From a virus (Duplodnaviria > Caudoviricetes): 32,578 nt of DNA. The notes under the pieces are model-generated. The model worked only from the letters and a program-made list of their open reading frames with translations, searched no databases and was not told where the DNA came from. Shown piece after piece: positions 15,987 to 25,435 of the stretch (within the stretch, counting starts at the first letter, position 1; every line of letters begins with the position of its first letter). The position numbers and the translations under genes are program-made. The stretch covers positions 1 through 32,578 of IMG/VR virus record IMGVR_UViG_3300025723_000121; one strand, given 5' to 3'.

Positions 15987-18801
15987 TTTGTTGTAACAGT
16001 ACATCTATGTGCAAGAAATCACTAGCTGAAGCATCAAACTTTAATGCACGTATTGGTGGCGAAACAATCTTCATGCCCTTAGCCATGCGTTTATTCATGC
16101 TTTCTTTATATACTTTAACGCCCTCTAGTTTCTTAATTGTAGTTTTGTAGTTCAACTGTTGTCGTACACAGAAATCTTTAAACTGTTTAGCCGCAATATA
16201 TAATTCTTTAGTATCTGGTTCGTAGCGTATCAGTAGTTCGTTCTTAGGTTCCATCAGTGGCATAGCAACCATACTTGTTCTAGCGTCGGCTTCACCATTA
16301 ACGACCAAAATATTGCCAATGTGTGCATTAATGAAATCCCCCAAAGCTGCGGTTGGGCTGTCTTGTTGTGGTGCTTTAACCTCGTTGCGCATTTCGCCAA
16401 GCATCCTCTTTATCCACTCGTATATAGCTTTCATATCAAACTCATGCAGTTCTAACTTCTTAGCAACTAACCCTGCAGTAATAATACAAGCACAAGTTGC
16501 CGACCAAAACCTTTCACGACTGGTAAACTGTACTTCTTTATCTAATCTAGCCTGTACTTTTTTAAAGCTATCTTTAACATACTCTAAGTTATTAACAAGA
16601 TATTGAAGATAAATTTCACCCGCATGCCCATAGTTTTCACGCAGTTGATGATCAAACATTTCTTTACCTTCGGCGACACTAATAATATTTGATGGCTCTA
16701 TTCTGAACTCAATCAACCTTACTGATTCACCGTCGGCAACCGACTTGGATGCGCTGAGCTTTTCATAAAAACTTGCATTAGATGAACATAAAGTTAGATT
16801 TTGCCAAGAGGTATTGTTAACCCGCAGTTCGTTGGATGAACCCTTTACTCTATCTTTGCCCGTACCACCTGAGATACTGTATGCGTAGTCGGAAAACTCT
16901 TTACCAGATAGATTAGTAATTTCATCTACTGTGTTTGGCAAGTGGTTCATGACTCCTAGCTTTAACATCTTTGCATTGAATGTGTCTCTGTACGTAGAGG
17001 TAAGCCTAACTGGGTCACCGTAAATGCTATTACACATATAAAGGGCAGTTGATTTTCCTGATCCGGCTTGCTCATGTATCAAGTTAACTATTGCGCCTTG
17101 TAATCCTGTAAATTTAAATAACGGTGAAGCAAATCCAACAAGTGCGGCAAACGCATTAGCCTCTAACCCGGGCTTAGCATACATATTGAACGCTGTTTTC
17201 CAACCTTCTAGCGTACCTTTAGGGTGAATCTTTTCTGCAATGTTTTCCGTTGCAGATGACGGCGGGCTATAGAAAACTCCGTCTTTAGTTATCTCTTTAT
17301 CGCCCATGACAAACTTACTATCACCATCTACCCAACCAAATTGTGTTCTCATAATCTCTGCTTTCTTTTGAAACTGTAGGTTCTTAACAAATGTTATAAC
17401 AAACGCCGCCAATGCGTCGTAGCTTTTATGGTGCGCCATCACTCCACGTTGGGCTAAACATCTACGCAACTCATCTCTTGCGGATATTGAACTTGTCGGT
17501 ATAGTGAACTCTCTCATTCCATCATGAGGTAGATGCAACTTAAATAAAATTACTTCCCCCTGCTCCTTGTCGTGCATTCGTTTAACAACATAAAAATCGT
17601 GCTCATAAACTAACTCAGGGTCTGACTCTTCTTCGCTATCAGGTCTTTTATATATTCCGCCGTTCTTACCTCTAAAGTATGGAAACGGATACTCAGGTAT
17701 CCTAACTGTTGTAACTTGCTCCTCAACCTCTACTTCTACTTCGTTGTCGGCTTCACTAGCTTCTTCTATCTCAGCACCCAAAACTATGGGTGACTTGATA
17801 ACTCCTTTGTGTACACAACCTTCGCATCCTGTTGGATTAAGTTTCTCAAACTGAGCACATGTATGAGGGCCTCCCTTCTTAACAATGTTGTCTACTTTTC
17901 TATCGACTTCATCAGGGTCATAGCCTTCGTACTTGTTGGACATCATATGCGATGCCTTTTCTTTATCCACGCAAAACGCAGTTATAGATAGAGCTGAACG
18001 CCACAAAGGTTCTTCAAGCGTATCTTGATTTTGAAAACAGTGCAGTAGTTGATTGCAACCATCTCCTTTCACCGACCGCATCATGATTGTCTTAAAACGC
18101 TTTACCTTATTGCTCATCAAAGCCTCCATCATGGGGCTCATCTTGCGAGGCAAGAAGTCAGGCATTTCGTCTTTAGGTTCAGGTGCGCCAAGTAATACTT
18201 TGACTTCGTCGTAGGTCATACGACGCGTCTTATCACTCAGCACAACTACTGGTAGTGGCTCGGCTTTAAAATTAAAAGTACCGGGAACACGCAGTATCCT
18301 AGATGCTTCAAACACGGACGGGTCAACAATCAACCCATGCTCTTTACAAAGATCACGTAGTCGGTGAGACAACGACGTCCACTCTCTACGCTCTAATGTC
18401 TCCTCAAGTAACCAGTAAGCATGAATGCCGTTACCTGAGTTAACGATTATTGGCTTTGGTAAGCCGACTGTTTTGCAAAACTTAGAAAGTTCAATAAGTC
18501 CAATTTGTTGTGTCAGATACCCCTGTATCCTGCCCTTTTTATCGGGGACACCTTTAGTTGCACCACAATCAATATCCATCCATAGAGACCTAAAGTAGAC
18601 TGCATTCTCATGTGTGCGGTTATCAGCAGAACCATACTTAGCACAACCAAAAAAAGCATCTATCTTATTCTCTACAAACTTTTTGATTATTTCATCTACT
18701 TCTTCCTTTGTATCTACAAATCTTTGATCGGGATACTTACCATTACCAAACACGCAGTATCGCCCTTCCGTCGGCAATACGGTATCTAGTAGGTCAAACA
18801 T
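15961..18801 (-). CDS. Primase-helicase: RepB/AEP-like primase + Cys cluster + DUF927 + P-loop helicase
   Basis: WMDIDCG and NSGNGIHAYW primase motifs, ASRILRVPGT.N, Cys cluster (C..PHTC..CEGC.H), QFGW DUF927-type motif, Walker A AGSGKST, Walker B TVDE, ENYGHAG. Confidence 0.85.
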   Translation of the reverse strand: MFDLLDTVLPTEGRYCVFGNGKYPDQRFVDTKEEVDEIIKKFVENKIDAFFGCAKYGSADNRTHENAVYFRSLWMDIDCGATKGVPDKKGRIQGYLTQQIGLIELSKFCKTVGLPKPIIVNSGNGIHAYWLLEETLERREWTSLSHRLRDLCKEHGLIVDPSVFEASRILRVPGTFNFKAEPLPVVVLSDKTRRMTYDEVKVLLGAPEPKDEMPDFLPRKMSPMMEALMSNKVKRFKTIMMRSVKGDGCNQLLHCFQNQDTLEEPLWRSALSITAFCVDKEKASHMMSNKYEGYDPDEVDRKVDNIVKKGGPHTCAQFEKLNPTGCEGCVHKGVIKSPIVLGAEIEEASEADNEVEVEVEEQVTTVRIPEYPFPYFRGKNGGIYKRPDSEEESDPELVYEHDFYVVKRMHDKEQGEVILFKLHLPHDGMREFTIPTSSISARDELRRCLAQRGVMAHHKSYDALAAFVITFVKNLQFQKKAEIMRTQFGWVDGDSKFVMGDKEITKDGVFYSPPSSATENIAEKIHPKGTLEGWKTAFNMYAKPGLEANAFAALVGFASPLFKFTGLQGAIVNLIHEQAGSGKSTALYMCNSIYGDPVRLTSTYRDTFNAKMLKLGVMNHLPNTVDEITNLSGKEFSDYAYSISGGTGKDRVKGSSNELRVNNTSWQNLTLCSSNASFYEKLSASKSVADGESVRLIEFRIEPSNIISVAEGKEMFDHQLRENYGHAGEIYLQYLVNNLEYVKDSFKKVQARLDKEVQFTSRERFWSATCACIITAGLVAKKLELHEFDMKAIYEWIKRMLGEMRNEVKAPQQDSPTAALGDFINAHIGNILVVNGEADARTSMVAMPLMEPKNELLIRYEPDTKELYIAAKQFKDFCVRQQLNYKTTIKKLEGVKVYKESMNKRMAKGMKIVSPPIRALKFDASASDFLHIDVLLQQNEDRDINV

Positions 18802-18804
18802 AAT

Positions 18805-19053
18805 TTACTTTTTTATTTTGCGCTGCCTGATGATGTGTATGTATCGCTCAATATCAGTATAGTACCTAGCATAAGGTTCATGTGTTCCCTCAAACCAGTT
18901 GTAAATTGTCATTCGGCTTACGCCTAAATGGTCAGCTACTTCTGCAACACTAATATCGTGCGATATACATACACGCCCCAAGGCTACGCCTGGAGACTTA
19001 GGGTCAGCTTTTTTGTTTGCTTCTACTAAGCTCTGGCTGTAACCAATGGTCAT
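18805..19053 (-). CDS. XRE-family HTH DNA-binding protein
   Basis: ISVAEVADHLGVSRMTIYNWFEG helix-turn-helix. Confidence 0.8.
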   Translation of the reverse strand: MTIGYSQSLVEANKKADPKSPGVALGRVCISHDISVAEVADHLGVSRMTIYNWFEGTHEPYARYYTDIERYIHIIRQRKIKK

Positions 19054-19055
19054 AA

Positions 19056-19961
19056 TTACTCCTCGTCACTCCAAGCCTTCAGCACATCATCTAAGTCTGC
19101 TTTGGGTTTGGGAGTTGCTTCAACTTTCTTAATGGTCTCACGTTTCTTTGGCTCTTCAATTGCGTCCTCAATTGGGGCTTCAACCTTAGGCTTGGCAATT
19201 GCTTTAGGCGCTTCAAGTTTCGGTGCACGACCTGATACGTCAGCTTGGTACGGAGTCATAACAACCATCTTCTGCACAAGTGGGTCAACTGCCGCTTTGC
19301 TTGTAACTTCGTACTGGGACTTGTTGATATAGCCAACTGGAGTAAACAATACAGATTGATTGTCGTTGTCTTCGTTGAAACTAATCTGAGTAACCACATA
19401 GTCTAAACTCTTGCCGTTGTTAGCTAAGTACTTGCTATAGTTCTCAAACGTATGTGTGTTCTCACCAACACTGTCACCAAACAAAGACTTAGATGCCAAG
19501 TTCATTTGATATACATCGCCTTGTAGGGGTGTACCAAAATCATCTTCAAGAACAACTGCAAGCCTACGTGAGTATCTGCAAGCCTTAGATGTACCTTGAC
19601 CTGAACCTTTGATGTTATGTTGGCAAGAATCGCAACGATCAGACTGAGGAGACTTAGCCCCTGCATCGGGAGTACGACCATCATTAGAGAAACATTCAGG
19701 TGCAGTCGGCTCAGCATCAGCACTCCATGCTTGAGAGTAAAAGATTCTGCCTACGTGAGGAGAAGCATTCACAACGATTACTTTAATATCACCCTTGATC
19801 TTGCCCATATCTTTACCGCCAACTTCTTTGCGGAAGATACCATTCTTAGGCACAATGCGTTTGACCGCACTTGAGTTACCTGCAAGTTGTTTGGTAAGTT
19901 CACTAACCCCTGCGTTTGCAAGGAAGTCGGGTAGGTCTTGGTTCAATACTAGTGCATTCAT
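19056..19961 (-). CDS. Putative single-stranded DNA-binding / annealing protein
   Basis: C.SNDG..PD...CDSC..N..GS...KAC...RRLAV Cys motif, Pro/Lys linker and acidic-aromatic tail (WSDEE), in the replication module. Confidence 0.55.
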   Translation of the reverse strand: MNALVLNQDLPDFLANAGVSELTKQLAGNSSAVKRIVPKNGIFRKEVGGKDMGKIKGDIKVIVVNASPHVGRIFYSQAWSADAEPTAPECFSNDGRTPDAGAKSPQSDRCDSCQHNIKGSGQGTSKACRYSRRLAVVLEDDFGTPLQGDVYQMNLASKSLFGDSVGENTHTFENYSKYLANNGKSLDYVVTQISFNEDNDNQSVLFTPVGYINKSQYEVTSKAAVDPLVQKMVVMTPYQADVSGRAPKLEAPKAIAKPKVEAPIEDAIEEPKKRETIKKVEATPKPKADLDDVLKAWSDEE

Positions 19962-19962
19962 T

Positions 19963-20391
19963 TTAATTTTCCTTTGGTCTTCTAACTAACACGGTATATT
20001 CGTTTTCGACATTTAAACCCATCGGCAAAAGGTCAGGATTCTCTGTAAGAAACTGCTTCAAGTTTGTTTGGTGAAGTCGCTTCTCAAGTAGGCCGAACGC
20101 ATTATGTTCTTTGATGAACGCATACGTTGAATCCCAATCGTTTGTCCAATACCGTGATTTAATTGAACGCACAATCGTGCCAAATTTAGTTTTAATACTG
20201 TCGGCTTTCATGCTCTTACACATATCAAGCATCTTCTCTTCAAGCATGTCCATCTGCTCTTTGATCTTGTCATCTTGCAGTTCATACTCTTGTTTTAGTT
20301 GGGCTCGTTTGTCACGCATCTTGATATATGCTTGGGTGACTTTATCCAACGGAATAATAAAGGGATTTTCATCCTGAACTGTATCGTCCAT
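19963..20391 (-). CDS. Conserved phage replication-module protein (coiled-coil N-terminus)
   Basis: YIKMRD coiled coil, SIKTKFGT, DWD...FI. RBS AAGGAG. First gene after a consensus promoter. Confidence 0.65.
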   Translation of the reverse strand: MDDTVQDENPFIIPLDKVTQAYIKMRDKRAQLKQEYELQDDKIKEQMDMLEEKMLDMCKSMKADSIKTKFGTIVRSIKSRYWTNDWDSTYAFIKEHNAFGLLEKRLHQTNLKQFLTENPDLLPMGLNVENEYTVLVRRPKEN

Positions 20392-20419
20392 ATTTTTCGC
20401 TCCTTGTTGTTGAAATATT

Positions 20420-20447
20420 ATTATAACATAACTTTATACAATGTCAA
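20420..20447 (-). promoter_or_regulatory. Sigma70-type promoter for the replication operon
   Basis: Minus strand TTGACA (20447-20442), 16-bp spacer, extended TG-T-TATAAT (20425-20420). Confidence 0.8.
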
Positions 20448-21831
20448 TAGTATCCGAAGATATTTCTTGTTTATATAAGTCAATTATTTTTTGATGGTTA
20501 CCTATGTTACCTCTTAGTAACTGATAAACTCGGCTCTCTATAGAACTACCTGTGATATGCACGATAGTCATATTGTTTACTTGACCGGGTCGGTCAATCC
20601 TAGCATTAGCTTGTAGATAAGTTTCGACACTACTGCATGGAGCATACCAAATGATTGTATTCGCCGCAGTAAGGGTAAGCCCGTGTGATGCGGCTTGCGG
20701 TTGTATTATAAGCACTTTAGTGTCGTCAGTATCTTGGAACCTTTGTACTATATCGCTACGCTTATTTACATTGACGCTACCATTAATAACTTCACAAGTT
20801 ACGTTGTTCTTGGTCAAATATTTTTCTAGTAGTTCTATAGTATGTGTAAAGGGTACAAATACTAAAACCTTATGGCTCGATTCATCTATTACTTCATGAA
20901 CCACTTTGAGACGGGATGACACATCAAACTCTATGATCTCTCCAGTGTCGGTGTAAACTGCACCGCCTGATATTTGCAGTAGCTTATTAATTTTAACTGC
21001 GGCGTTTACTGCTGATACTTCTTCCCCTGAAGCCTCCATAAGCATCTGCTTCTTTAGTATGGCGTAGTATTTATGTTGCTGTGGAGTAAGCGGTGCTTCT
21101 CTGTCTACGTAAGTCAACGGCGGTAAATCAATACACTGACGTTTCTCAAATCTAATTGCGGGTTGTAATACTTTATGCACAGTTTGCATTGCGGTCGGCT
21201 TCGGTATCCATCGGTATTGAGATACTTTATCCATCACACTATCTTTAAACTGCGTAAAAAATATGGGAACACCGGTGGGGTTTACTAATCTTGCTAATCC
21301 GAAAGCATCCGCAGGAGATTGAGCCGCTGGTGTTCCAGTTAACATCCAAAGACCTTTTACTACTTTGTTAATATCCCTAAGTGTTTTCCATCTATCGGTC
21401 TGTGCATTTTTATAGGCTGATGCTTCGTCAACCACTATTAAATCAAACCCCCCATCCATAATTTCTTTCTTAACAATCTCAACGCCATCAAAATTAATGA
21501 TGACAAACTCTGCGTTACCATTAATAATATCTTTGCGCTTCTTGGCACTGCCATGCGCTACTGCTACTGTGCGGTGTATAGCAAACTTAAATAAATCATT
21601 CTGCCATGCCGACTTCATAATCGACAAAGGGCATACCACTAATACTCTTTTAATAGCTTTCACAGTCATTAAGTAATCGACTGCCCATATGACTGATGCA
21701 GTCTTTCCAGTACCTTGCTCGTTAAAGCAAAATGCTTTTCTGTTACTAATTAAAAACTCTGATGTAATCTTCTGATGGGCAAAGGGCGTAAACCCGGGGG
21801 GTCTAGGCCACTCGTATTCTGATAAGTTCAT
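20434..21831 (-). CDS. SNF2-family (SF2) helicase/ATPase
   Basis: NEQGTGKT, VVCPLS, VVDEAS, LTGTP, HGLTLTAA, QANARIDRPGQ. Confidence 0.9.
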   Translation of the reverse strand: MNLSEYEWPRPPGFTPFAHQKITSEFLISNRKAFCFNEQGTGKTASVIWAVDYLMTVKAIKRVLVVCPLSIMKSAWQNDLFKFAIHRTVAVAHGSAKKRKDIINGNAEFVIINFDGVEIVKKEIMDGGFDLIVVDEASAYKNAQTDRWKTLRDINKVVKGLWMLTGTPAAQSPADAFGLARLVNPTGVPIFFTQFKDSVMDKVSQYRWIPKPTAMQTVHKVLQPAIRFEKRQCIDLPPLTYVDREAPLTPQQHKYYAILKKQMLMEASGEEVSAVNAAVKINKLLQISGGAVYTDTGEIIEFDVSSRLKVVHEVIDESSHKVLVFVPFTHTIELLEKYLTKNNVTCEVINGSVNVNKRSDIVQRFQDTDDTKVLIIQPQAASHGLTLTAANTIIWYAPCSSVETYLQANARIDRPGQVNNMTIVHITGSSIESRVYQLLRGNIGNHQKIIDLYKQEISSDTIDIV

Positions 21832-22106
21832 TTTTTCTTAGGCTTATTAACCTTAACTGTGTGGTCACTGTTCCTACTGAAAGAACGATTAGCACTGGGG
21901 GCTTTGAGTTTTAAATTACTGGGTGCGTTAGTACCACCTTTAGATAATGGAACAGAGTGATCAATATCTTTACCTGTGCGGTCGATACCTTTCTTATCCA
22001 TTTCGTTGCGTGCACGTTGCCTGTCCATCCGGGTCTCGTGCTCACCTCGTTCAACTTGTTGTTTGTATTCCTTCTTGTAAGGGCGTGGTTTGTTTACGTA
22101 TGGCAT
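21828..22106 (-). CDS. HNH endonuclease-like protein
   Basis: DIDHSVPLSKGGTN..SNL.....ANRSF. Confidence 0.75.
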   Translation of the reverse strand: MPYVNKPRPYKKEYKQQVERGEHETRMDRQRARNEMDKKGIDRTGKDIDHSVPLSKGGTNAPSNLKLKAPSANRSFSRNSDHTVKVNKPKKK

Positions 22107-22418
22107 TTAGTTCTCCGCAGTTACATGGTTGTTTATCATGTGGGTATTTAAATCCTCCTTAGTAAGGCCAAACATTTCTGTCGGTGGGGGGCCTTCCCAT
22201 AAAGGAGTACGTCCTTCTTTCTCTATCTGTTGCAATGCTTTGCCTATGCTCAGCATGATTTCTGTCATCATCTCGTTCTTGTAGGTATCAAGTTCTTTCT
22301 TTACAATCTGGTGCACAGTCCCCGCTAGCTCGCTTCTGACTACCGCAGATACTCTACGCTTTAATTCGTTTTCTAGTATCAGTGCCGTGTCGGTTTCTTG
22401 GTTTGTCATTTCGTTCAT
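22107..22418 (-). CDS. Hypothetical protein
   Basis: Helical ORF, translationally coupled to the upstream ORF and abutting the downstream one. Confidence 0.55.
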   Translation of the reverse strand: MNEMTNQETDTALILENELKRRVSAVVRSELAGTVHQIVKKELDTYKNEMMTEIMLSIGKALQQIEKEGRTPLWEGPPPTEMFGLTKEDLNTHMINNHVTAEN

Positions 22419-22648
22419 TTTATATTCTCTCTGTTTAAAAGTCTAACGTGTTCGGTAATTGCGGTAGCAAGGTAACTTCTTGGGTTATTCTGTATTTCAG
22501 CTCTTACTGTATCTAATATTAAGGCTTTAAAATTACCTTCTTCAGCCCAATCTAATAGCACCAATCTAGCCCGTTCATCAATTAACTCACTCACGTTATC
22601 TTGTAACTTTATGTAAGCCTCGGCTTGTTCTCTTTCTTCGTTTGTCAT
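22415..22648 (-). CDS. Hypothetical protein
   Basis: Start reassigned to ATG 22648 (GGAGG RBS, ATGA overlap with the nuclease stop). Confidence 0.55.
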   Translation of the reverse strand: MTNEEREQAEAYIKLQDNVSELIDERARLVLLDWAEEGNFKALILDTVRAEIQNNPRSYLATAITEHVRLLNRENIK

Positions 22649-23313
22649 CTGTGACCTCCATGATGCTCGCACGTATCTACTGAACAGAATCGGCACAGTG
22701 CGGATGCGCTTGGATTCCAAATACCATTCTCTTTAGCTTTCTCAATACGAATTACATCTTGAGTCGGCTTCTCCATATACTTTAGTACCATCTCTCTATG
22801 ATGCTGAGTCCTCACAAACTCTTTCGATACTACAAAAAGCAATGCCGACTTGACCCGTTTGATCGTTGGGAATTTCTTGAATAGCCCACAAGCAATTAGA
22901 TCGAGTTGACCTACGTCCGCATATCTCGCATTCTTGCTCGTCTTGTAGTCCACTGAGTGTGCTACTCCTGTCGTCTGATTGATAACGACCAAATCGGCTA
23001 TCCCATGCCACCACACATTCGGCGCATCGAATTCGCATGACTCCAAATCCTTCGTTAAACCCAGTTTTACTTCGCAATATTTCTCTCCTTCAATTTCATT
23101 CAACGCATCTAGCGCAGGTTTCACATATAAAAAGTGAGGGGGCAGGGGTTTGCCGTCTCGTATGTATTCTTCCGCCGCTGTGTGCATTTGCTTTCCGTAT
23201 AGCGTAGCAGTAGTATCAGGTTCAACTACGTCCTTAATTACCTTTGTGTGATAGTATTTTCTCGGGCATTGTTGAAACGTCTTAAGACTACTAAAAGACC
23301 ATACTGTATTCAT
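22645..23313 (-). CDS. Cas4-like PD-(D/E)XK exonuclease
   Basis: WSFSSL..F..CPR.Y, G...H, E..GIADL...DYKT, Q motif, C-terminal CRFC....C (four Cys, Fe-S staple). TAATG overlap with the polymerase. Confidence 0.85.
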   Translation of the reverse strand: MNTVWSFSSLKTFQQCPRKYYHTKVIKDVVEPDTTATLYGKQMHTAAEEYIRDGKPLPPHFLYVKPALDALNEIEGEKYCEVKLGLTKDLESCEFDAPNVWWHGIADLVVINQTTGVAHSVDYKTSKNARYADVGQLDLIACGLFKKFPTIKRVKSALLFVVSKEFVRTQHHREMVLKYMEKPTQDVIRIEKAKENGIWNPSASALCRFCSVDTCEHHGGHR

Positions 23314-25127
23314 TAACAATCTCCATAAGAATCGCCATAACCCGACTCACAATTTAAGGGTAACTCCGTACCCCACTGCGGTCTAAGTTTCATACAAAGT
23401 TCTACATATTCCTGCGCAGTCTTAACCTCGTTCTCAGGTACTATACACGCAATGGCATCATGCACCGTCATAACCACTCGGTATTTCTTAGCTACCATAA
23501 GCATCTGATCACCAATGATAATTCGAGCAAGGGCTTGACATACGTTCTCTATCAGTTTACCACCGTATATCCTAGTAGGTATAACTTGTTTGCCACGTTT
23601 TACATCGTAAACTATTTCGGTTTTATCTTCGTTTTGAACCGCCCTGATGTTGGGGTAGTGTATATAAAGACCGTTGGGTAAACGGATACCCTCTTTGCCG
23701 TCAATAGCAAGTACATCGTTTCTTCCTAGATGGGTTTGCTGATCTCGAAGTATCGCTTTGATACTATCCCCTGCGGTTTTCCAAAGAGCCACAATTTGTG
23801 GATAAGTAGCTCTGTACGTATCAATAATTCGCTTTGCCTCTTCGTCCGTAACTTCAACACCAAAAGTTTTAAGTTGATTCTTGAATTTAGCCGAGCCCAT
23901 TCCGTAGCCCGCACCAAGAATAGTCGTCTTACCGACAAACCTCTCCTCTTTGGTAATCTCCGTGATCTCCTTGCCGTAGATAGCAGATGCCATGATTTTG
24001 TATACATCTTCGCCCTTTTCAAATGCTTCAACTAAATCGTCCTGACCTGCTAACCAAGCCAAAGTTCTTGCTTCAATCTGTGATGAGTCCGAGTCAATTA
24101 TCTTGTAACCTTCAGGCGGTCGGATAGCTAACTTGAGTTTTGACCCTCTCGGCAGGTTTTGCAGGTTAACTTTATCGTCGCCACCCCACCGCCCTGTATG
24201 TGCGGCGTAGTACCTAAGTGGTATAGGCAGAGTACCTCTATGTGCTATGTCCAAAAACCTTTGAGTCCTTGTCTCTTCTAACGTACCCTTAACTCCTAAC
24301 CTCGCTGCGACTAATGTTTGCACTTCAATATTTGGATGATCAAGTAACGCTTTGAAGTCTTCATCGGTCTTAGCAAATGCCCAAGCCTCTTTGCCTGTCA
24401 CCTTGCTAACCTTCCTTGGGGGTTCAACATCATGTGCTTTTAATAGCTCGGCAAACTTCTCGTTGCTCATTAGGTGGTCTTCGGAAAAGTTCTCTAGTAG
24501 TTTTTCTCTATGTTTCTTAATGATAAGCAAGTTTGCCTGAAGCATGGTGGGGTTAAGTTTCAAGACTGGTTCGGTGAACATCCGTATTGTTAAGTCTATT
24601 AGACGTAGCTCAGTACGTGGAAAGCCTTTGCTCATGCAGTTGAACAAATCCCATGTGAGGGCTACATCGTTCTTGCAATATTCACCATAATGCGCAAGGT
24701 GCTCGGGCGTAAAGTTACCCCGTCGGTATCCTTTAGCATCCTCTACTTCTGAACCCTTAACACCTACGTCGTAGAACTGAGTCAATGCCTTAAGACTTCC
24801 ACCTACCTGCGTACCATGTAATGCTCTACCCATGCACAAAGTATCTAACCAACCCTTTGGCTTGATGCCAAAAATCCAATTAAGGATTGCGCCGTCAAAC
24901 TGCGCATTGTGGGCTAAGCATAAATTGTTGGGTATGTCATATGTGTCTAAGAACTGGTATAGTTGTTCTCTGTTACCGCTACACCAAGTTGGTGGGCCCC
25001 CATCAACGCTTACTGCTACGCCAATAACCTCAAAGCGTTCGTCACGTACATACTCCTCAGTCGTCAGCTTGGTTAGACTAAACTCCTGTGAGTAATACGT
25101 CTCAAAGTCTAATGTAATTATCTTCAT
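23313..25127 (-). CDS. polA: DNA polymerase family A with 3'-5' exonuclease
   Basis: Exonuclease LDFET, AHNAQFD, YCKND. HTGRWGG, NLQNLP, motif A DSSQIEAR, motif B R..GKTTILGAGYG, motif C VHD. Confidence 0.92.
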   Translation of the reverse strand: MKIITLDFETYYSQEFSLTKLTTEEYVRDERFEVIGVAVSVDGGPPTWCSGNREQLYQFLDTYDIPNNLCLAHNAQFDGAILNWIFGIKPKGWLDTLCMGRALHGTQVGGSLKALTQFYDVGVKGSEVEDAKGYRRGNFTPEHLAHYGEYCKNDVALTWDLFNCMSKGFPRTELRLIDLTIRMFTEPVLKLNPTMLQANLLIIKKHREKLLENFSEDHLMSNEKFAELLKAHDVEPPRKVSKVTGKEAWAFAKTDEDFKALLDHPNIEVQTLVAARLGVKGTLEETRTQRFLDIAHRGTLPIPLRYYAAHTGRWGGDDKVNLQNLPRGSKLKLAIRPPEGYKIIDSDSSQIEARTLAWLAGQDDLVEAFEKGEDVYKIMASAIYGKEITEITKEERFVGKTTILGAGYGMGSAKFKNQLKTFGVEVTDEEAKRIIDTYRATYPQIVALWKTAGDSIKAILRDQQTHLGRNDVLAIDGKEGIRLPNGLYIHYPNIRAVQNEDKTEIVYDVKRGKQVIPTRIYGGKLIENVCQALARIIIGDQMLMVAKKYRVVMTVHDAIACIVPENEVKTAQEYVELCMKLRPQWGTELPLNCESGYGDSYGDC

Positions 25128-25435
25128 TTATTAAAATGCCAAGGGGCATCATTGGTATAGGAAATTTGTTCGCCTTCTTTGTGCACCATAGCTTTGCCGA
25201 ACGTGCGCTCTTTAACTTGCTCTCGCATTAGCTCAGACATGACCTTAGTATCTAGCTCCTTCCTGCGTAGGTCTTTTAATGCTACGTGCATGACTGCCTT
25301 CTCGTACTCGGTAAGCACGTCCCTGTAATACTCTTTGTAGATAAAGCCCCACTTACCCCCGCCATCAAAGAATTCTTCGGGGTTGCTTTTCATACGCTCA
25401 ACTAAAATCTTTATACCTGTGCTTAGTTCTTCCAT
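25124..25435 (-). CDS. Hypothetical protein
   Basis: RBS AAGGAG, ERMKSNPEEF motif, overlaps the polymerase start. Confidence 0.65.
   Translation of the reverse strand: MEELSTGIKILVERMKSNPEEFFDGGGKWGFIYKEYYRDVLTEYEKAVMHVALKDLRRKELDTKVMSELMREQVKERTFGKAMVHKEGEQISYTNDAPWHFNK

Noticed and set aside
17878-17891. TTAACAATGTTGT, a partial match to the palindrome
   Set aside because: Three mismatches and inside the primase gene. Plausibly chance in AT-rich DNA.
21828-22106. HNH gene as a mobile homing endonuclease or intron
   Set aside because: Short, coupled to its neighbours and does not interrupt any gene. No intron or intein features seen.
22645-23313. Cas4-like gene as a sign of a CRISPR system
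   Set aside because: No array or other cas genes. Stand-alone Cas4-like nucleases are common next to phage polymerases.
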